Source of the DNA: Bigelowiella natans CCMP2755
Taxonomy: Eukaryota; Protista; Cercozoa
Reading direction: 5' to 3'
Assembly: GCA_000320545.1 (NCBI GenBank)
Contig: ADNK01000985.1
Coordinates: 24,618-88,617 of the forward strand
Length of the DNA stretch: 64,000 bases
In this document: piece by piece, positions 1 through 15,227 of the stretch
How the letters are laid out: each line of letters opens with the position of its first letter
How positions within the stretch are numbered: position 1 is the stretch's first letter
Notes under the pieces: generated by a model
Databases searched by the model: none
The model's input: the letters and a program-made list of their open reading frames with translations, nothing else
What the model was told of the DNA's origin: nothing
Program-made: the position numbers and the translations under genes

Positions 1-448
1 AACAATAGAAATAGACAATTTTTCAAACCTAAGATCTAACAAAAACAAACACAATAATATGATGTGATTTCGAGATCTGATCTAACTTGACTAACCCATG
101 TCTCAACGGATCCCTATTTCTCTGCCTGGGAAAAGAAAACCTGTTAATTACATGCCATTTGGGTTAAAATTAGTGTAATACACACCAAAATTTGGGATCA
201 ATCCGAATGAGCGAGTTGAGATTGTGTCAGACGTATCTTGAGGTATCCATCTATTTCGGTAGGGTCAAAAGTAGGAGTATTTTTTAGCTAACGGCGGTCG
301 AAATTGCGGTAAATTCTAATAGCGTCCCATATTTTCTAATCTATCTTAAACATTTTCCTCCGCCAGTTCGTCTCACAACAGAACAAGTCGCAGCCAGGAC
401 TTAGCACGATACGATCATCATCCCCATTCATTTGAATCCTTCTTAAAG

Positions 449-3400
449 ATGGCAGGGGGTGGTGATAATGTACAAGTAGCTGTTAGGGTCAGGTAGTTTG
501 GACAAATCCTAATTTATCACCGACAAAAGTCGCCTTAGATATCACGCCTTGCAATGGTGTCAATCTCCACTTTGAATTCTTAACAGACCCTTCAACAAGC
601 GCGAGAAGTCACGCAATGCTAAAATGGTGGCTATATTGTACATTTTTAAATATTCCTATGTGCTCGAAACATCTATGAGTCGTCGAGGTTGCTATTTGAG
701 TATGATTTCACTGTGGTTCCTAATGTCGTCAAAGGTGGTCTTCATGGATGGGAAAGAAACCCGCCTCGCTTCTGGCAAGGGCGACGAGTAGTCTGATCAA
801 TACCCTTCTTGTATATTTCTTTGATTTTGTTTTTTCCCTATTTTGAACAGTCGGAAGTTCACGTTTGACTATAGTTTTTGGAGTCACGATCCAAAGAAAA
901 AGAGCAAATTTGCTGGCCAGGAGTATAAACATTATTCACGTTATGCTGTACATACTTGAGATACTCTTCTCTTTTTGGTAGGGATGTGTTTAATAATCTT
1001 GGGACAATGGTTCTCGACAACGCATTCAATGGATACAACGCCTCTCTTCTAGCATATGGCCAGACAGGTCTGGATGTAGCCGTCCACCCAGATGACCGTG
1101 ATTATGATGATAATGACGTTACATAATCTTCAGGTTCTGGAAAGAGTTACACAATGATGGGTGCTGACGGTGAGCAAAGGGTTCGTGTAAATAATATATA
1201 CAACGACGTGCCGATCACACGGACTATTGTGCAGGATATCTTATTAAAGGTGTCGGTTTGATTCTCTCTTTTTAGGGCATAATACCCAGACTCAGTGAAG
1301 CATTGTTTGAGAGAGGTAGTACCGATTATTGCAAGGTTCTTATACGGAATAACTCGCCGTAAATTATTGATTTCCCCCAGCCAAATCGGACGATACCAAG
1401 GGCATGAGTTACAAGGTGGAGCTGTCGTACCTTGAGATTTACAGGTAACCATCTACAATGTGTAAATTCTTGTTGTATCTGATCAAGTATTTTACAGTGA
1501 GAGAATTCGCGATCTGCTGTCACCAAATGCGAACAAAAAGAAGGTATGAAGAAAAAATCTCTTTTAGTAAATATTTCACCTCGAAATCAGTCTTCTTCTC
1601 CAAGTTATGTACTTTGAACCTATTCGTCACCTTCTTAGGGTTTAAAAGTAAGAGAGGACCCTGAAACTGGCCCTTACGTAGACGGCTTGTTAACATGTGC
1701 CGTTAGTAGCTTCGAAGAATTGGAGAAACTGATGGTACATTATAGCTAACTCTTGTAATATGAGAAGGAACCTTCAAATAGGTAATCTGGGTGATATTAA
1801 CATCGACAATTTCCAGGTGATTGGAAACAAAACAAGGACAGTGGCAGCAACGAAGATGAATGCCCAGGTTTAGTGAGATTATGGAGATTATATTGTGTTT
1901 TCTTCTTTGTATTGTTAATGTGACCTCGTCTATCCATCAGTCGTCTCGGTCGCATGCGGTTCTGACCATCACTTTCATCGCTACCCGTGAAGATGACGTG
2001 ACGAATCTCTCCACTTCTCAAACCTCTAAAATACAACTTGTGGACTTGGCTGGTATGACACCTTCCTCTACCTCCTAATGATGACCCCCTTTCCATTACC
2101 ACTGAATCTGGATCTTGGCACTTACTCCGCTCCATCACTGCGTCGTGTAGGTTCTGAAAGAGTTTCCAAGTCTGGTGTGAAGGGGGTGGGCTTAAGAGAG
2201 GCGGCAATGATTAACAAATCTCTCACTACGTTGGGAATGGTCCTAGCCAGCTAACACCGTCAATCTATTTGAGTATTGTGTTGCTATGGTGACGCATAGA
2301 TGCACACGCATACACATTAATACCATTCTTTTATCACCGTCTTCCAATAAGGAAACACGTTGTGCTATACCAACGATCGTAACGACTCTCTCAGGTTATA
2401 TCTTCTTTGGCAAAGAAAGGAGGCGGGGCAAAAGGAGTATTTGTCCCATATCGAGACTCTGTATTAACATGGCTTCTGAAAGAATCGCTCGGTTGGCTAT
2501 GACGATTCTTTTGTGTTAAGTTCTGTTCGATAAAGAAGGCAGAGTTGTGCTTTCATCATGCCTACTTGGATTTCTTCGATAAGCTTTTCATATCCTCTTC
2601 TTGCATTACTGATTGCATGATCCAACAGGTGGCAATGCAAAGACAGTGATGATTGCTGCTTTAAGTCCTGCTGATATCAACTACGAGGAAACTTTGAGCA
2701 CCCTTCGATATGCCAACAGAATGAAACAAATTTTGAACGTTGCTAAGGTCGAGCTATATATTCGAGATGATGATGATGCTCTAAGAGAATAACGATACTT
2801 ACTCCGAAATTAGCAACAAAATATCCGATTGTCTGCGACATGACATGTTTTGTCATTTTGTAGATGACGAACTAAGTCTTCAGGAATGCTTTGATTCTAA
2901 TGATTATTACCATCATCATCCACCACCACCAACAGACTGATTTGCAGTTGAAGTTAAGTAGTCCACCACACATCGGTGACTGAAACTGACCTATTTCGAC
3001 TTCATTTGCTGCTGCTGCTGTTGCTGCTGACTAGGTCAATGAAGATCCAAATGCAGCTTTGATTCGTCAGTTAAGGGAAGAGATCGAAGCCCTTAAGAAT
3101 AGACTTGCTGGCAGTGGAGGTGCAGATGCAGGCGATATTAAAACGCTCCGGGATAAGTTAATTCAAAATAGGCTGGATAGAGAGAAAGAGCGGAAAGAAT
3201 GGGAAGAAAAATTGGCAGCTGCAAGGCGCGCTGCACAAATGGGGGAGCAAGCATTGGACTCACAGGGGATATCTGCAAAAAGGGTTGTAACAATAATAAT
3301 GATAATAATAATACCCAATTCCAATTCGCGAGAGCACTGACGACAACACACACACACACACACACACACACCGCGCGCGCGCGCATACATGTGCGTGTTG

Positions 3401-4382
3401 ATAGACATCATCGCAAAATGCATGCATAACCCAAAGTTGAAGTGTTATCGCTCCTCCTTCCCCTTGTGTCGCAATAATATTATGCTTTAATATTATGCTT
3501 TAATAATCATCTTCGAAACCACCACAGGATCTCACCGTACCACACTTTGTAAATCTCCATGAAGAGGATGATATGACCGAGAAGCTGTTCCATTACATTA
3601 AGAAGGATGTGTCGGAGACACTGATATGCTCCAGGAATCAGCAGAATATGACGTGCATCAAACTCTATGGTAATAAATTATTGGATTGCTCACATAAACA
3701 TACATCAAGACACGCAGCAGCAACAGCAGCAGCAGCAGCAGGTTAACCTTCTACTACTATTACAATTAGGGGTTGGAATTGAGCCTGAGCATTGTTACGT
3801 TCGGCCGCAAAAAGACGGGTCGTCTGTGTCTCTTGACAGCACAAAGAAGATCAATTCGAGCGAAAACCCGGCTAAAACTTTTATTAATGGTACTTTTAGT
3901 AGTAGTGTGAGAGTAGTATTTGCGAAGAGCAATTGTTTCCATCTAAACTATTCGTTAGTAATATTTTGACCTTCTGAACGTTTGGATTGCTGCTTGCTTT
4001 TAACAAACAAAAGGTAAGTTATTGATTGGTTCTGTGACTCTGGCGCATGGAGATCGCGTTGCTTTCGGGGCCGAGCAGATCTTCAGGTTTTTCCATCCGG
4101 AGGGAAAGACCGAGGAAGGAGAGGTATTACCATTTTTATATTTGAAAGTTTAAGTCCCACTAAGTATTTTCTCGCGTTTTTTCCAAGGAATTTGGTTGGA
4201 ATGAAGCTCAAAGTGAACTTGAAAAGAGTCCTGATTGGATTAAGTACAACAAGGTGATATTCATGAGAGGTAGATGGTATTCATATCAACGATATGAACC
4301 AGCCAATCATATTTTTTTCAAATGAATATATAATGAAACTATCTATCATCATCCTTTCCTCCTCACCTGCTGCTGCTGCTAT

Positions 4383-4415
<33 letters not shown>

Positions 4416-5258
4416 CAAATTGATCGTATTCTCACCACACCACGGACTAATACCATCTCTTCACAGGAACAACAGGAACGTGCATCAGAACTTGAGGCAC
4501 TGCGCAAACGCGAGGAAGACCGCAAGCGGTTGGTAGAGCAAAGAATGACCAAAAAACTCGACAAACTCAGGCGAATATCTGCCTTAGCCGAGAAAGATAC
4601 GGTGAGTTGTCGTCTAATGTTCTTCTTCTCCTAACTTGATTTGATCAAATATTCTATGATGTTTCTTTTTGTACAGTTAAGAGAGCTCAAGAATGATAGG
4701 ACTACAAAATTGGAGTAATACATCTTACCTTATCACCAATTGGTCGTTATGACAATCATTTTTTAATTTTGCCTCACATATAAGACTACCACTTTATCCA
4801 ACGACAACCCTCATATTTCCCCCCTTTAATTATTATTTTATAATGCAAAAATGGCTTCTTCTTCTCCTTCTTCTTCTTCTTCTTCTTCTTCTTCTGCTCT
4901 TCCTCAGGGATCCATATAGGGAGCTGGTCGTGCTCGTGGACGAGATGAATGCAATTTGCCGCGCCCTCGGTATAATAATGTCCATGGAATGGGGGGGTGT
5001 TAGTGAGCAGTATGACGATGATGATTATTATTACTCCGATCAATTGATTAATTGCAATGCCCTGTCAACGGACGACGACGAGGAGATCATGATGATGATG
5101 ATGATAATATGTTCTCTTTATCATCATCAGGTATTCTGGGGGATACTCAGTTCAAACTAGAACTTGTCAGCGATGGTGCAGCGCCTGAAAACATTGGAAA
5201 GCCAAGGAAAGGTGGTGATATGAGTGGTAGTGGTTGTAGTATGACCAGACATTATGTA

Positions 5259-5301
<43 letters not shown>

Positions 5302-5320
5302 TGTCATAGATGCACATATG

Positions 5321-5357
<37 letters not shown>

Positions 5358-7569
5358 AATTAGTCACTAATGCTATTACTGTTAAGCTCCACCGTACTAC
5401 ACACTACTACTGCTGTTGCTTCTCCTGCTGCTGTACTAAAAATACTTTTATTACCTAGGTGTCATTGTTGCTAATTATAGCTCGGAAGATCCAACAGAGC
5501 TGAACTGCAATAAAGATGATGGAATTGATATTCTTCATGTCACCAAAGATGGGCACGCATTGGTAGTAATATTGAACATGAATAATAAGCGTAGTAGTTG
5601 AGGTTGGTAGGTAGTAGCTATGGATCATCATACATCCTCCACATATAATATGTAACAATCGAATGTGCAGTGGTTCAATATATCGTGTTATTCTATGAGC
5701 AAGATATGCACTCCTGCTACGAAAACAATCGTTGGTTCATCATTACTATCATCATACAAAAGGTTCAAAATGGTCAAGAGATCGGTTGGATTCCGTCAAA
5801 TTACATATACCCAGAACCAAAGATGAATTTGGAAGGCAATTCAGCTTGGGCTTTGACTCCGCAAAGTGTTAGACATCTGGTTGATTACAACAACAACAAC
5901 AACAACAACAACCGCTACCAACACCAACACTACCATAACATATTGATATAGGAAAAGAATTATATAGTTGTAGTGGAATATATACTCTCATTTATTTTAT
6001 AATCAGACTTCATCTCGCCTGGAAATTCGCGCTTTTCGTAAGGACTTAATAGCATTAACTTTTTCCAACTACATATAATAACACATATGATAGACCAATA
6101 TCATATCATGGAAGACTAAATCGACCGTAAATTGCGATTATGATGGCGTGATTTGTGAAAAAGCGTTCTTTTAAACTTTGTTCATCTCTCATGCACCACC
6201 ACCACCACCACCAGGCAATATGGGCAATGAGTGGATGCAAAAAGTGGAGAGTGGCAAACGATCGCAGTACCGATGCAAATGGTGGGTGTCTACATACATA
6301 CCTACCTACCTACCTACCTCTAATCCTAGTACTACTACTAGTAGTAGTTGTTGTAGCAGTAACACATCGTGTTTACAATATTAACCGGCACGCGAAATCA
6401 TAGTATTAATTCATGAGGAAAATGATGATGAGCTCCATACCTCTTCTCCCCCTCCTCCTCCTCCTCCTCCTCCTCCTCCTCATCCTTCAGGGACGTACCT
6501 CTTTTTCTCCAACGCCTCAAGGCTTTGAGGAGAGTCTACAATAATATGAGATCCGCCAGCACTAAAAGAACCGTGACGTAAGAATCATCATTGATGACTA
6601 ATAAAAACTGCCATTATTTCATATTTTCGTCTTGTGTCCTGCGAGTCCTCCAACTCTGTTCTTTCTCCTCTCTCTACGATACAATTATTCTCACGCTATC
6701 ACAAACAAATACTAGGTATAACCCTACCGAAATTCTACTCCAAGATGAATTGAGGTCGGTCGTTGCTCACACCCTGTTAGAGATCCAGAGATTGAAAATA
6801 AATACAGATTTGAGAGCTTTATTTGTAGTGGTAGAAGTAGTGGTGGTGGTGGTAGTAGTAGGGGTAGTAATGTAGACAAAATATATGTGCTATATATGAA
6901 ATATATGATTTAAATGAATTATGTAGCGTCTATTGTAGTATAGCATAATCGTCGTTTGTACTGCTGCTGCTGCTGCTGCCGCTACTTGTGAACTTATCTG
7001 AGCAGCTATATTTATCCCCACAGAAGCTACTTGTGAACTTATCTGAGCAGCTACATTTATCCCCACAGAAGCGTTGGAGTAGCAAGTGTTCGGATGTATC
7101 CGTTGCTGTTTTCTGGGAATGATAAAGATGTTAAGGTACAGAGTTACGACAATTAAGAGTAGAGGGATAGAGAGAGGGGGGGGGAGAGAACAGAAAACCA
7201 TGCCGTTAAGCAAGAGCAATTGGACAGAAATGTAGCGTATCAGCTATTGTCAGTTATCATCTTTAGTATTTGTTCCATCACAACTAGGCTCGAGTACCCA
7301 TTCTAGATGCAAACGGAAACACTCTCGGTCGGCCATCATGAGTGTTATAAATGACTTGCAATATTACTCTATTCTGCAGCTTCTTGAAAGAAAAAATGAT
7401 TATTTCTTTGTGCATTTAGCAGGGTATTGAAGAGTTTGTTTCTATGGTTGTTGCTACTACTGGCCTCCCTTTGTGATAATGATGATGATGATGATGATTG
7501 TCTCATCACTTCAGGATTAGTTGAAATCGAAATGGGACTTGAGCTCACGAAAAATGAATACATGGAGTA

Positions 7570-7613
<44 letters not shown>

Positions 7614-7767
7614 GAGGGGGGGACAGGGAAAGGCGAGTAGAGAGGTTAACACGTTTTCATTCCAAAAACAATAATATAATCACTCAATACTCGCAGAGAT
7701 GAAGATGAATTGCGAATAGGCAAATTAACTGCAAATTCTGGTACTTAACTTTCTCTTCTATCTCCCA

Positions 7768-7852
<85 letters not shown>

Positions 7853-8688
7853 TAATGGTATATATTATTCGGTAACCTCGGTCTCTGTTGTCTCTGCCTG
7901 ACCTTTTGTTCTTGTCCTCCTCTTTACTACAAACGATGTGCCTCCTCCTCCTCCTCCTCCTCCTCCTCCTCCTCCTCCTTTGTTTCATTAATCAGGTGCT
8001 ACCATAATTGTACGAGTTGTTCGGGTCGTGGAGATCAATTCTATGCTACTGCCGATGCCAGAAAGAATATCAAAGAAAGGTATACTGATTACTGATATAT
8101 GACATCTGTCATTCGTTTTCTCTCTCGCCATATTTCTTGTAAAGTATGTGTACATCTGCATAACACCTCACCACTACTTTTTCTTCGCCTACATATTACT
8201 GTCTTCTTACTTTTGCTGCTTGCTCATTATATACCCTCCTCCTCCTCCTCCTCCTCCACGTTACTGCTTCGTTCAACGTAGATGGGGGAATAGGCGTGGA
8301 GTTATGTGTGAGGCACACGTTCTGGAAAGCGCTTCCGGAAACTGCTGCCCAGACACGACTGCATAAGATTGAATGGAGCTCAGAAAGTTGTGATTTGCCG
8401 CCAACTGGCCCAACGATCAAAGGAGGAGAAAATGTTGACAGGAAGGAAGGGGAAGTAGCGACGGCAAATAAAAAACAGTCACTCTCTACTTCCCCTGCTG
8501 TTGCAAAAGAACAAGATTCTTCATCTTCTACCTCAAAAGAAACCAAAACTACAGGTGCTCAGAAGCAATCTGCAGATGAGGTTGAGTGATAGCGAGTAGT
8601 CAATGCTCATGAATATGATCAAGAGTTCATCTTACATGATGATACGTAAGAGGACATGATTGTGTCACAGGGTCAGAATCATTGCAGG

Positions 8689-8725
<37 letters not shown>

Positions 8726-8867
8726 TTTATATAAATTTTTATAAAATACATAAACACTAAATGCAGGTACCTTAGTATGAGGCTAAGACCGACTCGTCTT
8801 TATTTTCCTGCTGCTGCCTGCCTGCCTGCCTGTCTGCCTGCCTGCTTTTCTGCTGTCAATGCCAATA

Positions 8868-8914
<47 letters not shown>

Positions 8915-9955
8915 CGCTCGCTTTCTCAGATTGCAGCAGTCTTAGAGCTAGAGGCTTTGAAGAAGAAATTGAAGGCTGAGAGGAATACACTACTCGCGAA
9001 ACGAGTAAACATTCGGAATCTAAGGAAATCCAACTTAAATTCAAGGCAGCAGCTTGCTAAAGATATTTCAAAGCAGAGGAAGATGTTTAATGAAGTCAGG
9101 ACTGTGATGCAAAAGCTTCAAGCTCGTCAGGTATTATTATTCAAATGTTTGTTCGGGTTAGGGTTAGTTCGTAATTACTATTTTAATTGCATTGATGATA
9201 CTTTTCTTCTCGTTATATGCAATAATTATAATGATGGATGCTCTATTGCTACCATTCGAAAATCCCAATGTTGGTTGGTCACTTTTTTTGGAATATCGTA
9301 CACAATCTCGTCATCAGGTCAAGCTTCCTCCACAGAGTGAGGATGCAAAACTCGAAGGAAAGGAGGCAAAATCCAGAGCGAAACAACGAGCACTACAGAA
9401 ACGTCTGACCAGTAAGATCAATGAGATCAAAACTAAATCGAAGGTAGAAAATGCAGTAGTAGGTGATCGATCCCCGCACACGACGGGTTTATATTTCGCA
9501 ATAAATCGTTAAGGCAGCATGCAAATGGTTGGTGATTCATCGTAGTGATGATGGTGATAATAATGGCGCAAAGGATGATGACTTTGCCTCGATGGCTGAA
9601 TATCAGTCTCTGAGATGCAACAACAATTCCCAAAACTATCATCTACCCAGCGAACAAAACTATTGATGAATCACAAGCCTTTTCTACCAGAACAGTCAAT
9701 TTCATTTCATTGTTTGAGAGAAAGTGATGACAGGAGGAGGATTTGCCTAATCCTCGTCTGTGGAGTGAGCAACGAACCACATATCTACCTCTTCTTCTTC
9801 TTCTTCTTCTTGTTTCTCTGAATTACTTCTTATTACTGCTACTACTGAATCATCATTAGGTCATTACAGATCAGTATAATCAAATGCGCACAAGCTATCA
9901 GGGAGCGCAGAAGCAATGCGATCAACTTGCTCAACAGGAAGCGGTATTACTGACT

Positions 9956-9988
<33 letters not shown>

Positions 9989-10002
9989 CACTGAGATCAA
10001 TA

Positions 10003-10034
<32 letters not shown>

Positions 10035-11974
10035 GTAACGTCAAAGAACAGCTCCTCAAAGATACTACTAATACTACTTCATCCTCTTGCATAGCATCTT
10101 AAACGAGACCAAGTCGAAATGCAGAAAAGGCACAAGTCCGCCCTAAACGAAGTTCTAAAGAAGATTCGTAGTATTAAGAACAAGGCTGCTGCTGCTGCTG
10201 CTGCTGCTACTGCTCCTGCTAAAGCACAGCAGCCTGCTTCATCCTCATTGCCACCTACCCCTCAAATCAACGATGCAGAACCCAAGGCGACTCCTACCAA
10301 TAAGAAGGAAGTAGGAGAGACGAGGGAGGAGGGGGGGGAGGAGACTACCACCGCAACTACTACCAATACAGGGCCGAAACCTCCGCCAACGAAATCCTCG
10401 TTGGTTGCGCTTAAGTTTCAACCTACGGTGTTGGGCATGATCTTTGCCGACTTCCGAGTGTTGGAGGTGCGGCCAGGCACCCAAGCACATGAAAAGGGTG
10501 TGCGAAAGGGATGGAGCTTGAAGAAAGCCAACGACACCGAGATCACAGAAGAGACAAATATGAAGGAGCTATTTATTAGATTTCGACAGATCGGCGCCCC
10601 CATCACGCTAGTATTCGAGACGAGTGAGATCGAAGATGGAGGCCTGGGAGGTATTGAAGAGGAAGAGGACGTAACCTGGACGTATCGGCTTAAACGCGAA
10701 GAACTGTGCGGTTATCGGTCTGTGGGTCTCAGAAACTCCCCTGACATGAAAGATATAGCCTATGATAAGAACAATAATATCATAGAAATCGGAGCAAATC
10801 AGCAAGAGTTTATCGTCATCGAAAGATTACACGACATCCTGAGCGCCCAGATTTACCTCCGACTTGAGGATGGAAGTGGGTGGGTATTTGCTCTGGATCC
10901 CAGAGATAAAGAGAGGGAAATAGTCGAGTTAGTCGGCATCAACAAATCAAGCACCACCGACAAAGAGAATAAAAACCAACAAGGAGCAGCGACGGATAAA
11001 GGTGGTATGGTTCCAAGAAAAGCAAACAGCGATGGAGAAAAGCAGATGGTTGCCGCTGCTGCACATCAGAAATTTGCAGAGGTAGCAGTGAAGAAAATAG
11101 TAGCATATATCAAGGACTTATTTTCTGTATGAAATATTGTCTCGAATTGTTGTATGCAAACACTTTCATCAAAACTTTGTGTGAGTTTGTGTATACATGT
11201 CTTTATGTGTATTTTGATTTTTATGTATGAGAATCATGAGGGACGTTCTTGATAGGTGAAACGGCTTTTGATTAACCAAAAAGTGGACCCAAACGTGGGA
11301 GACGACGACTCTGACACGGCTTTGCATTGGGCCGTCAGATGGGGAAATGTAGAAACCGTAGAGCTTCTATTAGCTAGGAAGGCTAACCCTAACTACAAAG
11401 GGAAAAGGGGTAATACCGCACTGATTGAGGCATGCTGGAAGGGATTCTCCGATATCACAAATATTCTTATCTCAAACAACGCGAAGGTAACAATAGTAGT
11501 AGAAGTTTGAAAGAGTTCTGACAACTCAACGGCTTCTCTTTGTATGGTGTTTGTTGTACTGCCTCACATACCTCAGCATGAATCATCATCATCATCATCA
11601 TTATCAGGTGAATGATACGACAGAGGCGGGGAATACAGGGTTACATTGGGCTTCATGGAAAGGACACAACCAAATTGTGAAAACTCTTCTAGCTGCTAAA
11701 GCAAAACCTGATACTGCAAATATGAAGGGCCGCACCCCTCTTCACTACGCATTTCGTCAGGTAGTGAGTGAGTAATGACTGTAATGCAACGATGAGAACA
11801 ATACCAGCACTAGTAAGTAAGTAGTAGCAGTAATCGCTCGCTACAGTAGAGAGCTAGCAACAGCACTATAATCGCCGAATCGTCGTTTCAATCAGCACAA
11901 CAACGAAATCATTACGCTGCTTCAACCCGCGATTTCAGAATACCAAGCAAGCGGTAGAGAGCATATATGTGTAC

Positions 11975-12047
<73 letters not shown>

Positions 12048-13284
12048 CAACGTCGATGTATGTATACATTGCTAATGAGGGATACGTAGGAAAATCGTGA
12101 AGAGTCAATATTAAAAAATATTACACACACACACACACATAACAAAGGTTGTATTGCACTGGCCTCACTGTAAACACCTTCTTTGTTGGATGAGTTGCTT
12201 TTTCTACTTATCAGGTGCAGATTTCGATGAAGTATCATTGTGGGGAAGTGTTGACATTGGCGCATCCTTCAAGCACCGCATCCGTAATTATTGAACGACT
12301 GAGTATCGTATCAAATATGATGATTCCAATAACGACTGCTGTCATTTCGATGATGTTATACTACTACTGTGCAACCGCCAATAAAATGACAAGACGACGT
12401 TCCTTCTCTCACTGCAACTCCTCATTCCGACTGACTACTTATTCATTAAAGGGGGATCACAAATGTCACCGGAATTCTTGGCCAATATGTGCAATGGCAC
12501 TCTCGTATTTGAGATGTGGATGAAGGCAAACTTGGACAAAAATCACCAGTAATATATGAGAGCAGACAGCCATACTTATTTATGTATTTATTTTGTATGT
12601 CAAATAAAGATAGGCACCTTCGTTTCCTCCATTAGCAAAAAATTACTTGGAATTGTAATGGGTTATTATTGTTATTTCTCTTTTCTGTTTGACGGTAGGG
12701 TTGAAGTTAGCAAAGACATGTTGAGTGATCTTAACAAGGAACAATTAGTCGATAAGTTGGCTATGATACAAAAACGGATGACCAACAGTGGGGACAGCGG
12801 CGAGACCCAAGAGAATGTAAAGCAATCGCAAAAGGTGTTTAAAGCGCTCACAGCCAGACTGCAAAAGATACAAAACGAAGAGGCATATGCAAGGAATCAG
12901 GTGTTCACTATGATGCGGATGCAAGACGAAAGCAACGAGATGGACGAAATGGAAAGCAAGGACGAAATGGAGGACATGAAGAAGCCTATTGCGCCTCCGC
13001 TTAGCATGAAAATTCTAGCTCAAACTGAAACAAAATTATCGGAAGCTGCTGACAGGAAGTATGCAGCATTAAATGGTTCTTCTTCGGCACTGATCAAGTA
13101 CTTGGAAGAGAAGTTTGGCAAGAAAGGAGAAGGATCAAATGAATCATCAATGAGTAGTAAAATTGCCATTAGTCCAGCATGGTCATCTGTGCGATTATTT
13201 GTTGCAACTGATGTCGAAGAAGCGGTGGATTCAAGCCGCAACGGTCAATACAAGTTTTGGTGGTGGTGGTTGTGGTGGTGGTGG

Positions 13285-13316
<32 letters not shown>

Positions 13317-15192
13317 GTGATTATAGTGGTGATGGTAGTGGTGAATATGATGTGGACAGAAATAAATAATTAATGCTATAATCGATTAAATTTTGGTCGA
13401 TGAAGCAATGTAGCCGTCGGCATATCACAATATTAAGTAATCTAGTGTTTATTTTTGGAAGTTACATTCTTCGTTAAAAGTAGTACTAGTGCGTGTTATG
13501 TTGTTCACTGGCTATTTCCTTAAATAATAGTAATGATAGTTTAACGCATGATCATAACGCTATTAGGATGTCAGCCCGTGCGAACGAAAGAAATTGATAA
13601 TACGGATAGCAGCGACACGTTTCAGGGCAGAATGGAACCCAAAGTCGTTTATAAACTTTCAACAAATCGTGATAAACGATTTACTGTGACTGTAGTTCAG
13701 GCTGATAAGGTAGTATATGTAGTAGAAGTGGTAGTAGTAGTAGTAGTTGCAAACCATGTTGCAATTAGCTTCCTCCTCCCATTATCGTAGTGGTAAGATG
13801 GTGGCCGCAAGCAAGTAAGTAAGTAGTACTACAACTTGTGCACTACTACGTGTCTGATCAGCGATGATGATGATAATGAGGAAGAGGATGATGATGATGA
13901 TAAGATATATTATTCTTGTTTTTATTCTATTGATGGCAATATAATAAATAAAAAAAAAAATAATAATAATAATAATAATAGGGAACGTTCATATTGGAAA
14001 GTGTAAAAAGCGTAAGAATAAAATATTTTTACCATTCTTCGGATCCACTGAGCCCTGAGAGTGTTGATGAGGACTCGGTACTTAATATTGTTTTAGTAAT
14101 ACTACTAGCTTCATTCAACAACAAATGATTTGATGCTCAGACCAGCACACAACTTTCTCCTTATTCTGTTCCTTCTACACTACTTTAGTATTTTCCTTCT
14201 CCATATGTAGTATTCTTCTGCTTCATAATTGCCACCCTGTAATCATCATCATAATACATCTCTAGTTACCGATCAAAAAGCAACAAGTACTACCAAGGCA
14301 AAAACTATTGCACTGTGAGGTGGGTTCATCATCTTCTCCCTATTCGCTTGTGTATGTTTTGTGTAAGTTTGTGTTGTGTGTGAAATCACACTGATTGCTT
14401 ATAAGAATAACAAAATGATGATGATAATGATGATGATGATGATGATGATGATCGTATACATGAAAAAGTATTTACGAAGTTGTTGTTATTGTTCTTGTTC
14501 TCGTTTGTTGTTCTTCTTTTTGTTGTTGTTCTTTTTGACTAGATGGAATGGAGCAAGGAGTTGGTCGGGCACGAAATGCTTTCGACTCCCAGTGAACACG
14601 GAGACCGTGTAGTGTTCATGCTGGAAATCGAAATGTAGTACACTATTATGTTTTGTCATAATCTTGTGATAAGTACTACTGCAGTCCAACCCTCCCTGGA
14701 CATTCAATTATGATTAATCATAATAAAAAAAAACCCAACAACAACAACAACATATCGCTGTTTGTTCTCCCCCTTCCTTACGCTGTAAAATGATTATTTG
14801 ATGATCAGGTTCATTCGAGATGCAACCACAACCATAAGAATAGAGTATCCGATCGTCGCCAAGATCTATAAAAAGCCACACACGGTTGCTTGCTTCTCTT
14901 CTTATTTCTCACAGTACAATTCAGATATCAGCTCTGTCTACCCTCTTTTCACGTTTCATCTTCTCCTGATCACCCCACCCACCCCCCTCTTCTCTTTCTC
15001 TCTCGATCTTGATTAGGTTGAGAGAAAGCATTTGACATCCCGTCTGCACCAATTGGGAGGGCATTTCAGGCTCACCAGAAATCTTGAGGTACTTACAACT
15101 ACAAGTTATAATATGATCAATAGCGAGTAAATACTACCTTGTGATGATGGTGATGATGACGACGATGATGATGATGATGATGATGCCAGTTG

Positions 15193-15227
<35 letters not shown>

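Noticed and set aside
626-3770. Suspected non-canonical (GC/GA) splice donors in the kinesin
   Set aside because: Each junction checked resolves with a GT-AG pair in the correct phase.
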